Assembly (NCBI GenBank): GCA_963422395.1
Contig: OY729431.1
Coordinates: 160,001-224,000 of the forward strand
Reading direction: 5' to 3'
Source: Vicinamibacteria bacterium
Lineage (GTDB): Bacteria > Acidobacteriota > Vicinamibacteria > Marinacidobacterales > Marinacidobacteraceae
Length of the DNA stretch: 64,000 bases
A program made the position numbers and the translations under genes. The notes under the pieces are model-generated. The model was not told the origin of the DNA. It ran no database searches and worked only from the letters and a program-made list of their open reading frames with translations. Below are positions 8,921-17,734 of the stretch, piece by piece. The stretch's first letter is position 1. Every line of letters begins with the position of its first letter.

Positions 8921-11523
8921 AGCAAGGCGCCCTCTTTCTGCTCGCCGCCCTCGCCGCGGCTGCGGCAGTTGCTGCTGCCGCCGTCACCCCTGCGGTCGTC
9001 CCTGCTGCCGCCGCCGGGTCTGGCCCCGAGGCCCAGATGAGCCCGCTCCGCTACCCGGCGGTGGCCGGCGGCCAGATCCGGGTGGAGAACTACCTGGTCC
9101 CGCGGGTCACCTCGTGGCCCGCCTATCCCGCCTGGTCCCCCGACGGCGCCGAGATCGCCTTCGCGCTCGACGGCCGCCTCTGGGCGGTCCCCGCGGGCGG
9201 CGGGACGGCGCGCCAGATCACCGGCGGGCCGGAGGACGCCTCTCCCGCCTACGACTTCGAGCCCGACTGGACTCCTGACGGGCGGTGGCTCGTCTTCTCC
9301 CGCGATCTCGATGGAAACCTGGACATCTGGCGGGGGAATGCGGCGGGCGGCGGGGTTCCCGAACGCCTGACCCGGCGTCCGGAGATGGACTTCCATCCGC
9401 GCGCCGCCGGGGGCGGGCGGGTGTTCTACGCCTCGGCGGCCTCGGGCAGCTTCGACATCCGCGCCGCCGCGCCCGAGGGGGTGGGCTCCTGGACCGACAG
9501 CCTCGTCTGGGGCGGCGGCTCCAACGAAATCCAGCCCGACCCCGGCCCCGGCTTCGGCGAAGAAGCGGGCGGCGGCTTCCTCGTCGCGGTCTCGTCCCGC
9601 TCGGATCATCCCGGAACCGGCGGCATCTTCCGCCTCGAGGACGGGGGCGGCCACCGGGAGCTCCATGTCGAGGAAACCACCTTCCGCACCCGCCCGGCGG
9701 TCTCCCCGGACGGCAGCCTGATCGCCTTCGCCTCCGACATCCGCGGCAGCTACGACCTCTTCCTGCTTCCCGCGGACGGCGGCCTCCCCTTCCGGCTGAC
9801 CCGCGACGACGACTGGGACGAACGGGATCCGGCGTGGTCCCCGGACGGCCGGGAGATCGTCTTCACCACCAACCGCTACGGTCGGCCCGAACTCCGGGTC
9901 GTCGGCGTCTTCGGCGGCGGCGAGCGGGTGGTTCCGGTGACCGGTCTAAACCGTGCGGGTCCGGCGTGGGGGCGCCTCCGGGTGCGGCCGAGCCAGGCGG
10001 CGCGGGCCACCGTGATCGGGGCCGACGGGCGGAGCCACGCTCCCCGGGGCGCCTTCCGGCGCATCGTCTCCTATACCGAAACCCACTACTTCCACGCCGG
10101 CGGCGAATTCTCCCTCGAACTGCCCCCCGGCCCGGCCACCGTCCGGCTCAAGCGGGGGGTGGAGTTCCACCCCTGGGAGCGTGAGATCGCGGTGCGTTCG
10201 GGAGAGGAGACCGTGGTCACGGCCGAGCTCGAAAGGTTCACCGACGGGGAGGCGGCGGGCTGGATCTCCGGAGACACCCATGTGCACGATCTCCACGCTG
10301 GCGATCTGCGGATCACTCCGGAGGACCTGGTGGCGCAGGCGGAGGCCGAAGCGGTCCGGGTGGTCCACGCGCTCCTCCATGTGGACGGCTCTCGAACGAT
10401 GGGCGATCCGGCCCGGTTCGTCGCCGGGCGGCATCCGGCTTCGACGGAAAGCGTCTGGCTCCGTTACGGCCAGGAATACCGGATGCCCTTCGGCCACCGC
10501 ACCTTCCTGAACCCGGAGCGGCTCTTCTTCCCGCTCGCGACCGGGGTCCGGGGCACTGCTCGCGAAGCACCTTTCCCGCCGCTCTTCGAGTACATCCGGC
10601 GCCTCCGGTCCGAGCAGGGCGAACAGGTACTGGTCGGCATGCCCCATCCCTACTTCGGCTATCTGGCCGAGGGGAAGGCGTTCACCGGAGACTCGCCTTC
10701 CGAGATCCCGCTGGACGCGGCGCTCGGGGTCGTGGATTTCTTCGACATCAACTGCATCCCCAGTTCGGAAGCAGGGGCGGCGGCGATCTACGCGAGGCTG
10801 CTGGGCGCCGGGTTCCGCCTCGCCGCCGCCGGCGGTTCGGACACTTTCTCCGACACCTCCCGCGACCCACCGCTCGGCACCGGCCGGACCTATGTGCGGG
10901 TGGAAGGCCCGCCCGGGATCGAGGCCTGGCACGCCGGGCTCCGCGCCGGGCGCAGCTTCGCAACGAACGGCCCGCTGCTGGAGCTGAGCGTGGACGGCGC
11001 CGGGATGGGGGAGGAGATTCGGCGTGAGGGTCCGGTTCGGCTGCCGGTCCGGGCGCGCGCGGTGTCCGCTACGCCCCTCGCGCGGCTCGCGGTGCTGGTG
11101 AACGGCGAGGTCTGGCGGGAAGCGGGGCCCGAACCGGCGGGGGAAGGCCCGCCCGATCCGGTGGCGGGATCGCCCTTCGCGCTGGAGATCGCCGGAGAAA
11201 TCGAGCTCCCGGACAGCGCCTGGATCGCAGTGCGCGCCGAGGGGCCCCGTTCCGTCTGGACCACCGACAGTTCGCTCTTCGCCCACTCCTCGCCGGTGTA
11301 TGTGCTGCTCGACGGACGGGAGATCGTGGTGGAGGCCGACCGGCTCTATCTGGAGCGTACAATCGAGGACTTCGGAGAAGCGATGGGGCGGCGCGGAGAC
11401 TGGGGGAACGAAGCACAGCGCGCCCTCGTCCTCGCCGGCGTCGAAGAAGCCCTCGCCCGCATCCGCTCGAAGCGCCGTTCCCGCGACCCGGAAAACCCGG
11501 ACGGGCAGAACCAGACCCGATGA
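8917..11523 (+). CDS. Secreted PD40 (TolB-like) beta-propeller fused to a CehA/McbA-family metallohydrolase
   Basis: Repeated PAWSPDG/PDWTPDG motifs; GWISGDTHVH, GQEYR..GH, HPY, AAAGGSD, GRSFATNGPLL, FAHSSPVYV. Confidence 0.82.
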   Translation: MKQGALFLLAALAAAAAVAAAAVTPAVVPAAAAGSGPEAQMSPLRYPAVAGGQIRVENYLVPRVTSWPAYPAWSPDGAEIAFALDGRLWAVPAGGGTARQITGGPEDASPAYDFEPDWTPDGRWLVFSRDLDGNLDIWRGNAAGGGVPERLTRRPEMDFHPRAAGGGRVFYASAASGSFDIRAAAPEGVGSWTDSLVWGGGSNEIQPDPGPGFGEEAGGGFLVAVSSRSDHPGTGGIFRLEDGGGHRELHVEETTFRTRPAVSPDGSLIAFASDIRGSYDLFLLPADGGLPFRLTRDDDWDERDPAWSPDGREIVFTTNRYGRPELRVVGVFGGGERVVPVTGLNRAGPAWGRLRVRPSQAARATVIGADGRSHAPRGAFRRIVSYTETHYFHAGGEFSLELPPGPATVRLKRGVEFHPWEREIAVRSGEETVVTAELERFTDGEAAGWISGDTHVHDLHAGDLRITPEDLVAQAEAEAVRVVHALLHVDGSRTMGDPARFVAGRHPASTESVWLRYGQEYRMPFGHRTFLNPERLFFPLATGVRGTAREAPFPPLFEYIRRLRSEQGEQVLVGMPHPYFGYLAEGKAFTGDSPSEIPLDAALGVVDFFDINCIPSSEAGAAAIYARLLGAGFRLAAAGGSDTFSDTSRDPPLGTGRTYVRVEGPPGIEAWHAGLRAGRSFATNGPLLELSVDGAGMGEEIRREGPVRLPVRARAVSATPLARLAVLVNGEVWREAGPEPAGEGPPDPVAGSPFALEIAGEIELPDSAWIAVRAEGPRSVWTTDSSLFAHSSPVYVLLDGREIVVEADRLYLERTIEDFGEAMGRRGDWGNEAQRALVLAGVEEALARIRSKRRSRDPENPDGQNQTR

Positions 11524-13142
11524 AACGGATCCTCTTCTTCGCGGTCCTGATCTGCGGCGGTTGCGGCGTGCCCGACCTCGTGCGGGGGCGTTCCGCTGCC
11601 GGCGAGGAGATCCAGACCCATCTCTACGCCCTGGAAATCGAAAATGCCTGGGTGGATGAACCGCAGGCGACCGGTGGAGCCTTCGCGGTGCTGGGCGGCG
11701 ATCTGCTGGTCGTCACCGCCACCGGGAGGATCTTCCTGCTGCGCGCAGGTGCAGAGGCCGCGGAATTCCTCGACGAGACCGTTCCCATGAACCTCTCGGC
11801 GTGGGAAGCGAACGAATCCTTCCCGCAAAAGGAATACAGTCATTTCCGGGTCGCGGACATCCTGCTGAAAGCGCATTCGCAAGAGCGCTTCGAGCTGTTC
11901 GTCACCCACCACTTCGCAACCGAAGACTGTGTCCGGTTCCGGCTGTCTTCCACCTTCGTGGAGCGTTCGTCCCCAGAAGTGCCGGGGAGCGAAGCTGCGG
12001 TCACCGTGCTGCCGTCGTGGAGGACCGTGTTCGACGCGGACCCGTGCATCGACGGCTTCTTGAGCGAAGAGTCCGGCGGAAGGATGGTGACCGACGGCCC
12101 CGATCATCTGCTGGTCCAGATCGGGGATCACGGGAGGGATGGCTGGAGCACCGGCCCCTACCGAAGAACCCCCCTCTCCGACGATCCCGACTCGCATTTC
12201 GGCAAGCTGCTGCGGGTAGCGGTGGATACCGGAGAAACGGAGATCGTGGCCATCGGCTTTCGCAACCCTCAGGGGCTCGTTCGGGATGCGGACGGCAGGC
12301 TGTGGGCCACCGATCACGGACCGCAGGCCGGGGATGAACTGAATCTCGTCGAGCCGGGCGCCCATTACGGCTGGCCGCGGGCGAGTTACGGGGTGGAGTA
12401 CGGCCGCCGGGCCTCGCTTCCGATCGGGTACGAGAGGATGGGCCGCCACGACGGCTTTCGAGAGCCGGCCTTCGCCTGGGTGCCTGCGATCGGCATCTCC
12501 AATCTCGTCGTGAACGACGAGCACTCGTTTCCGCTCTGGAAGGACGATCTGCTCGTTGCCTCGCTGAAGGACGGACTTCTGTTCCGGCTCCGCCGAAGCG
12601 GCGGGATCGTGCGGTATGCCGAGGAGATTCGGGGCCTCCGTTCCATCAGGGATCTGGCCTGGATGCCGGATGGCCGGCTGGCGGTGTTGTTCCCCCATGA
12701 AGGGAACCGGGTGGCCTTCCTGAGCCGCTCCACGGCGTACTGCGACGAGGCTTCGCGGGAGACCCGCGATGTGTACGCGGCGCACTGCGAGAGCGAATCG
12801 CCGGCTGCTGAAGATCCGAGTTCGGAAGAGCAGCGTTCGCAAGTGACCGCCGAGCGGCTCTACGACCGGCACTGCGGCTCCTGTCACGGCTCGGACCTCG
12901 AACGCCACGGCCCGGATGGGCCCAGTCTGTCGGGGGTGATCGGAAGGCGCGCCGGGAGTGCGGACGGGTATTCGTTCTCGACGGCGTTCGCTTCGCTGGA
13001 CCTCGTCTGGACGGAGGACGAGCTGGTGCGGTTACTCGTGAATCCGCAGCTGTTCGCCGGCGGTTCGATGATGCAACTCAGCGTCACCGAAGCGGAAGCC
13101 CGCACCATCGTGGATTTCCTGGCAACAGCTTCAGAGCGTTAG
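11520..13142 (+). CDS. Glucose/sorbosone (PQQ-dependent) dehydrogenase family protein with C-terminal cytochrome c
   Basis: IGFRNPQGL, WATDHGPQAGDELNL..GAHYGWP; heme motif CGSCH followed by GPSLSGVIGRRAGS. Confidence 0.87.
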   Translation: MKRILFFAVLICGGCGVPDLVRGRSAAGEEIQTHLYALEIENAWVDEPQATGGAFAVLGGDLLVVTATGRIFLLRAGAEAAEFLDETVPMNLSAWEANESFPQKEYSHFRVADILLKAHSQERFELFVTHHFATEDCVRFRLSSTFVERSSPEVPGSEAAVTVLPSWRTVFDADPCIDGFLSEESGGRMVTDGPDHLLVQIGDHGRDGWSTGPYRRTPLSDDPDSHFGKLLRVAVDTGETEIVAIGFRNPQGLVRDADGRLWATDHGPQAGDELNLVEPGAHYGWPRASYGVEYGRRASLPIGYERMGRHDGFREPAFAWVPAIGISNLVVNDEHSFPLWKDDLLVASLKDGLLFRLRRSGGIVRYAEEIRGLRSIRDLAWMPDGRLAVLFPHEGNRVAFLSRSTAYCDEASRETRDVYAAHCESESPAAEDPSSEEQRSQVTAERLYDRHCGSCHGSDLERHGPDGPSLSGVIGRRAGSADGYSFSTAFASLDLVWTEDELVRLLVNPQLFAGGSMMQLSVTEAEARTIVDFLATASER

Positions 13143-13257
13143 ATTCGGCGCAACGGCCTCGGGGCCTCGGGCTTTCCCCCGGCGTTCTCGAAGGTCGCCT
13201 CCGCCGGATGCGGTGGCGGTCCGCGGTGCCGCTCCGGTAGCCTGCTCCGCGCGCAAC

Positions 13258-14691
13258 ATGCCGTCGAGTCAGGCCGGATTCGATGCCGTGGTGGTGGGCG
13301 GCGGCCCGGCGGGGTGCTTCGCCGCCCGCCAGCTCGCGGTCTTCGGCTGTCGAGTGGCGCTCGTCCACTCGCCCCGCCGGCGCCGCCAGCATCTGGGAGA
13401 GAGCCTCTCCGCCTCGGCGCCGCGCCTGCTCGCTTCCTACGGTCTCGAACTGCCGCCGGCGGTGTTCGCGCCGCGCCCGGCAGACCACTTCGTCCGCTGG
13501 GGCGGGCGGGAGGAGCGCGTCGCGGTCCAGCCCGAAGACGGCGCGGGCGAGGGGCAGCGGTTGGTCCGCCGGGACCGGCTCGACGACTGGGCGCTCGCCG
13601 AGGCGCGCCGCGCCGGGGTGCGGGTTCTGGAAGGTTCGGCGGCCGCACCCGAGGCCGGAACCGACGGTGATGGGACTGCTCTCGCGGTCCGGGAGCGCGG
13701 CAGCGGAGAACTGCGGCTCGCCGCCCGCGCGCTCGTGGACGCCAGCGGCCGGAGCGGCGTGCTGACCCGGCACTCGAGGAAACGGCCCGCCTGGCGCACC
13801 ACCGCGCTCACCGCGCACCTGGCTCCCGGCGACCGGGCGGGCACGCTCATCGAATCGTTCTCCGACGGTTGGGTCTGGAGCGCGCCCGTGCTCGACGGGA
13901 GACGGGATGTCACGGTGATGCTCGATGCCGAAGCGGCCGCCGGGAGGGCCGAGGAGTGCTTTCGCGAGGCGATTCGGCGGGTGGACCTTTCGGGGTTCGT
14001 CGCCGGCGATCTCCTGACACCCGTCCGGGCGGCGGAGGTGACCCCCTATCGCCTCGCTGCTGCTGCTGCCGCCGTCCGCGAGGTTTCGCCGCTGCTCGCC
14101 GTCGGCGACGCGGCGAGCGCGCTCGATCCGCTCACTGGCCTCGGGACGATGAAGGCGATGGATTCCGGGCTCACTGGAGCCGTGGCGATGCGCACCGCAC
14201 TCGAACGGCCGAGGGAGGCCGGGCTCGCGCTCGCGTTCCACGCGGAGAAGGAGGCCGGACTCGCGGCGGAGTCGGCGGACCGGATCGCCGCCTTCCACGC
14301 AGGCGAACATCGCTTCGGCGGCCGGCCCTTCTGGAGCCGCCGGTCGCGGGAAGCGCCGCCGCCGCCGGCTGCGCCAGCGCTCGCTCCGAACGACCGGCTG
14401 GCGCCCACTCCCGGGGCGCGGGTGGAGCGCCGCGGGGTCCTCGAAGCGGACTGGATCGTGGCGGCCGAAGTTCTGGTCCGCCCCGGCCGGGCCCGCCCGG
14501 TGCACCGTCTTCGCGGGATCCTCCTCCCCGAACTCTTCCGGACCGCCTGCGCGTCCGGCAGAGTCGGGCGGACGGTCGAGCGCTTCCCGACGCCCGCAAC
14601 GACGGGAGTGCGGGAAGAGGTGACGGCGGGGCTTTCCTGGCTGGTGCGGGAAGGTTTCCTGGCCGCTACTCCGTCCGGCGGCCCTCCCTGA
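13258..14691 (+). CDS. FAD-dependent monooxygenase/halogenase superfamily protein (QhpG-like)
   Basis: VVVGGGPAG, GESL, RRDRLDDW, VDASGRSG, GWVWSAP, VGDAASALDPLTGLG. Confidence 0.8.
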   Translation: MPSSQAGFDAVVVGGGPAGCFAARQLAVFGCRVALVHSPRRRRQHLGESLSASAPRLLASYGLELPPAVFAPRPADHFVRWGGREERVAVQPEDGAGEGQRLVRRDRLDDWALAEARRAGVRVLEGSAAAPEAGTDGDGTALAVRERGSGELRLAARALVDASGRSGVLTRHSRKRPAWRTTALTAHLAPGDRAGTLIESFSDGWVWSAPVLDGRRDVTVMLDAEAAAGRAEECFREAIRRVDLSGFVAGDLLTPVRAAEVTPYRLAAAAAAVREVSPLLAVGDAASALDPLTGLGTMKAMDSGLTGAVAMRTALERPREAGLALAFHAEKEAGLAAESADRIAAFHAGEHRFGGRPFWSRRSREAPPPPAAPALAPNDRLAPTPGARVERRGVLEADWIVAAEVLVRPGRARPVHRLRGILLPELFRTACASGRVGRTVERFPTPATTGVREEVTAGLSWLVREGFLAATPSGGPP

Positions 14692-15029
14692 CCCCGTCGT
14701 ATCCAGATTCCTCGGAGCCCGGCATCTGGGACTTCCTCCGACCGACGGTGATCCATCCCGGCGGCGCTCCGCCCGGAGAAGCGGCCAGGTCTGGAAGCTC
14801 GCACCATTCCATTTCACGGATTGCTAGGATTTCCGGAACATCGACGCGATACGGATCGTTGACTCCTCATTCCGGCACCGCGGCGCCCGCTCGGACGCTC
14901 GCGCGACAGAAGATGAGGCGGCTCGCAGTTCTGCGGAGAGCCGCGCGGCGCCTGGTTCCTTCCGATCCGGGCGTTCGTCCCGGATCGACTCCGCACCGAT
15001 CGGTCGGTGCCCCGCCGAAAGGAGAACCG

Positions 15030-16598
15030 ATGGATTTTCATCAACCGCGCGCCCGCTTCCGACGGGAACCCCGACTGGCCGGGTGGCGCGGTGCGGTGTT
15101 CGGCCTGCTCCTCGGCGTTTCGCCGTCGGCCGCTGCCGCGCAAGCCCTGGAACGCTCTCCGGCAAGTGCTTCCGCCGATGAGGTCCTCGACCGGTACCGC
15201 GGCCTGATCGAACAGGAGACGCTCGCCTTCACCATCTCGCAGGCGGTGGAGGTGGCCACCGCGCTCCACCCCGAAGTGCGCCGCAACCAAGAGAAGCTCG
15301 CCGAGTTTCCGATGCTGGTTCGGGAGGCCCGCGCCGCGTACCTTCCGAGGCTGGATCTCAACCTCCAAATGGCCCAGACCCGCGATCCGGGATTCCGGAA
15401 CAGCCCCTTCTTCTCGCGGCTCATCGAGGATCCGGAGGCCGCTGCGGGGTTCGGCGGCCCGGACCCGTCTGCTTTCGGCAGCGCTTTCACTTTCGGCACC
15501 TATCTCTGGAACTTCCAGTTGTCCCAGACGGTCTGGAGTTTCCGATTCCAACCGTCCCTGCACGGGGTGGAGGTGGGCCGGTCGCTCGCCGAGGCGGATC
15601 TCGCCGAGGCCGAGATCCGAATCGCCCGCGACACCGCCGGCCGGCTCTACGCCTACCTGCTGGGGCTTCGCACCCGGGAGGTGCTGGCACAGGCGGTTGC
15701 GACCCGCGAGCGGGGTTTGGTCCTCGCGCAGGATCGGCTCGAGCTCGGGGCGGGTGCGCGGCTGGATGTGCTGCGGGCGCGCGTCCAGCTTTCCCGTCTT
15801 CGACGCCAGCTTTCCGATGCCGAGGACGCACTCACCGTCGAGCGCGCCGGGATCAACGCACTCGTGGGCCGTGAACAGCACAAGGCGATCGAAGTCCTCG
15901 ACGAACTCGCGCTTCCCGATCCGGTTCCGCGGCTGCTTCCGGCCGCCGCTCTGATGGAACTCGCCGGCGAGCGCCGGCCGGCGCTGCGCCGGTTCGGCAT
16001 CGACCGCGACCTGCTGGAGGTGCAGCAGCAGCTCACCCGAGCGGACTCGCGCCCGGAGGTGCAGGCGAACGCCTCCTACGGGATCAACACCTTCACCTTC
16101 GGAAACGCCTACGACTTCGCTCTGCACAACTGGAACGCTGGCGTCTCGCTGACCTGGACCCTCTTCGACGGCTTCGAGACCGGCTCGCGCCTCGCGAGCC
16201 TGCGGTCGCAACGGACGCAGAAGGAGTGGGAGGAGAACGAGTACGAATCCAGTCTAGAAGTGCAGCTGCGGAACGCTTCGGCCGGCTGGCTGGCGGCGCT
16301 GAACGCCGTCGAGGAAGCGACCCTGGCTCTCGAAGAGGCCGCCGAGGCGGAGCGGGTCGCCGCCGAAGAGGCGGCCGCCGGCGCCGCGACTCCGTACCTG
16401 ATCATGGAGGCCGCCCAGACGCGGCGGGAAGTGGAACTCGAAAGCGCGCGGCATACCCACGATGCCCTCGCAGCGCTCGCCGAACTGAAGTATCTCGTCG
16501 GATATCCGGCGAACGCCCCCCATTCGGTCCTTGCCGATGGAGCCGCCCGCGCGGCGGACGCTCCCGAGACGGAGCCAGACAGAGAGGAAGAACGGTGA
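15030..16598 (+). CDS. TolC-family outer membrane efflux protein
   Basis: AAAGGAG SD before ATG 15030; signal peptide; two OEP repeats (ARAAYLPRLDL, GAGARLDVLRARVQL, WNAGVSLTWTLFDGF). Confidence 0.9.
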   Translation: MDFHQPRARFRREPRLAGWRGAVFGLLLGVSPSAAAAQALERSPASASADEVLDRYRGLIEQETLAFTISQAVEVATALHPEVRRNQEKLAEFPMLVREARAAYLPRLDLNLQMAQTRDPGFRNSPFFSRLIEDPEAAAGFGGPDPSAFGSAFTFGTYLWNFQLSQTVWSFRFQPSLHGVEVGRSLAEADLAEAEIRIARDTAGRLYAYLLGLRTREVLAQAVATRERGLVLAQDRLELGAGARLDVLRARVQLSRLRRQLSDAEDALTVERAGINALVGREQHKAIEVLDELALPDPVPRLLPAAALMELAGERRPALRRFGIDRDLLEVQQQLTRADSRPEVQANASYGINTFTFGNAYDFALHNWNAGVSLTWTLFDGFETGSRLASLRSQRTQKEWEENEYESSLEVQLRNASAGWLAALNAVEEATLALEEAAEAERVAAEEAAAGAATPYLIMEAAQTRREVELESARHTHDALAALAELKYLVGYPANAPHSVLADGAARAADAPETEPDREEER

Positions 16599-17719
16599 TG
16601 CCCACCGCCCATTCGAAAATGTCGATCCACTCCCGCTCCCGCCGATTCGGTTCGGGATGCTCCGGCCTGACCCCGGTGGCTGCTGGAGCCGTTCTCCTGG
16701 CGCTCGGCGCCGTCGGCTGCGGGGAAGAGAGCGGTTTTGCGGCGGAAGAGAGCGCCTCGGCGCCCGCCGACTCGCGCGTGGTGGTGGAGGTCTGGCCGAT
16801 CGCTCCGGGGTCCCTCACCGATGTACTCGAGATTTCAGGCCGCCTCGAGCCGCGGGCGGAAGTGCTCGTCTCGGCGGAACTCGGCGGCGCCGTCGAGGAA
16901 GTCCTCTTCGACAAAGGACATCGGGTGGAGAAGGGGCAACTTCTGGCACGGGTGGGTTCGGACCTGCTGCAGGCCGCCCTGAACGAAGCGGAAGCCGATC
17001 TCGACGAGGCGCGCATCGAACATGAGCGGGCCCGCCGGCTCGTCGAGCGTGAAGCGGCCCCCGAGCAGACGCTCACCGCTGCCGAAGCGAACCTGAAGCG
17101 CACCGAAGCCCGGGTGGAATCGGCGCAGCTCCGCCTCGCCCGCTCGGAGATCTCCGCTCCGGCAGACGGGGTCGTCGTCCAGCGCGCCATCGAGCCGGGA
17201 GAAGTGGTCGGCCCCGGGAGTCCGGTGGCGGTGCTCCACGACACCTCCCGGCTTCGGGCCACGGTCGGCATTCCCGAGACCGATATCGCGTTCTTTCGCG
17301 TCGGCAGTCCGGCGGAGGTGCAGGTGGATGCGTATTCGGATCGTTCTTTCGAAGGACGCATCGCTTACATCGCGCCGAACGCCACCCAGCCGGGGCGGAA
17401 CTTCCAGGCTGAAGTGGAGATCGAAAACGAGGACGGATCACTTCGCTCCGGCCTCATCGTCCGGACTCGGCTGGAACGCCATGCCTATGAACAGGCGGTG
17501 GTGATCGATCGCGATCTGCTGATGGAGCGCGACGGTGTCCTCTACGCGTTCGTTCTCGATGGCGGCGAAGCAGCGATGCGCACGGTCGCCATCGGGCCCG
17601 ACGAGGGCGACCGGGTGGTAATCACCGCCGGTCTCGCAATCGGTGAAACGCTCATCGTGGGCGGCCACCGGAACCTGCTGGACGGCCAGCCGGTCCGGGT
17701 GGCAGCGCGGGCGAACTGA
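16598..17719 (+). CDS. RND efflux periplasmic adaptor (membrane fusion protein)
   Basis: TGATG overlap with the TolC stop; VSAELGGAVEEVLFDKGHRVEKGQLLA, EISAPADGVV, LRSGLIV, ITAGLAIGE. Confidence 0.92.
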   Translation: MPTAHSKMSIHSRSRRFGSGCSGLTPVAAGAVLLALGAVGCGEESGFAAEESASAPADSRVVVEVWPIAPGSLTDVLEISGRLEPRAEVLVSAELGGAVEEVLFDKGHRVEKGQLLARVGSDLLQAALNEAEADLDEARIEHERARRLVEREAAPEQTLTAAEANLKRTEARVESAQLRLARSEISAPADGVVVQRAIEPGEVVGPGSPVAVLHDTSRLRATVGIPETDIAFFRVGSPAEVQVDAYSDRSFEGRIAYIAPNATQPGRNFQAEVEIENEDGSLRSGLIVRTRLERHAYEQAVVIDRDLLMERDGVLYAFVLDGGEAAMRTVAIGPDEGDRVVITAGLAIGETLIVGGHRNLLDGQPVRVAARAN

Positions 17720-17734
17720 CGGCGGAGATCCCTC

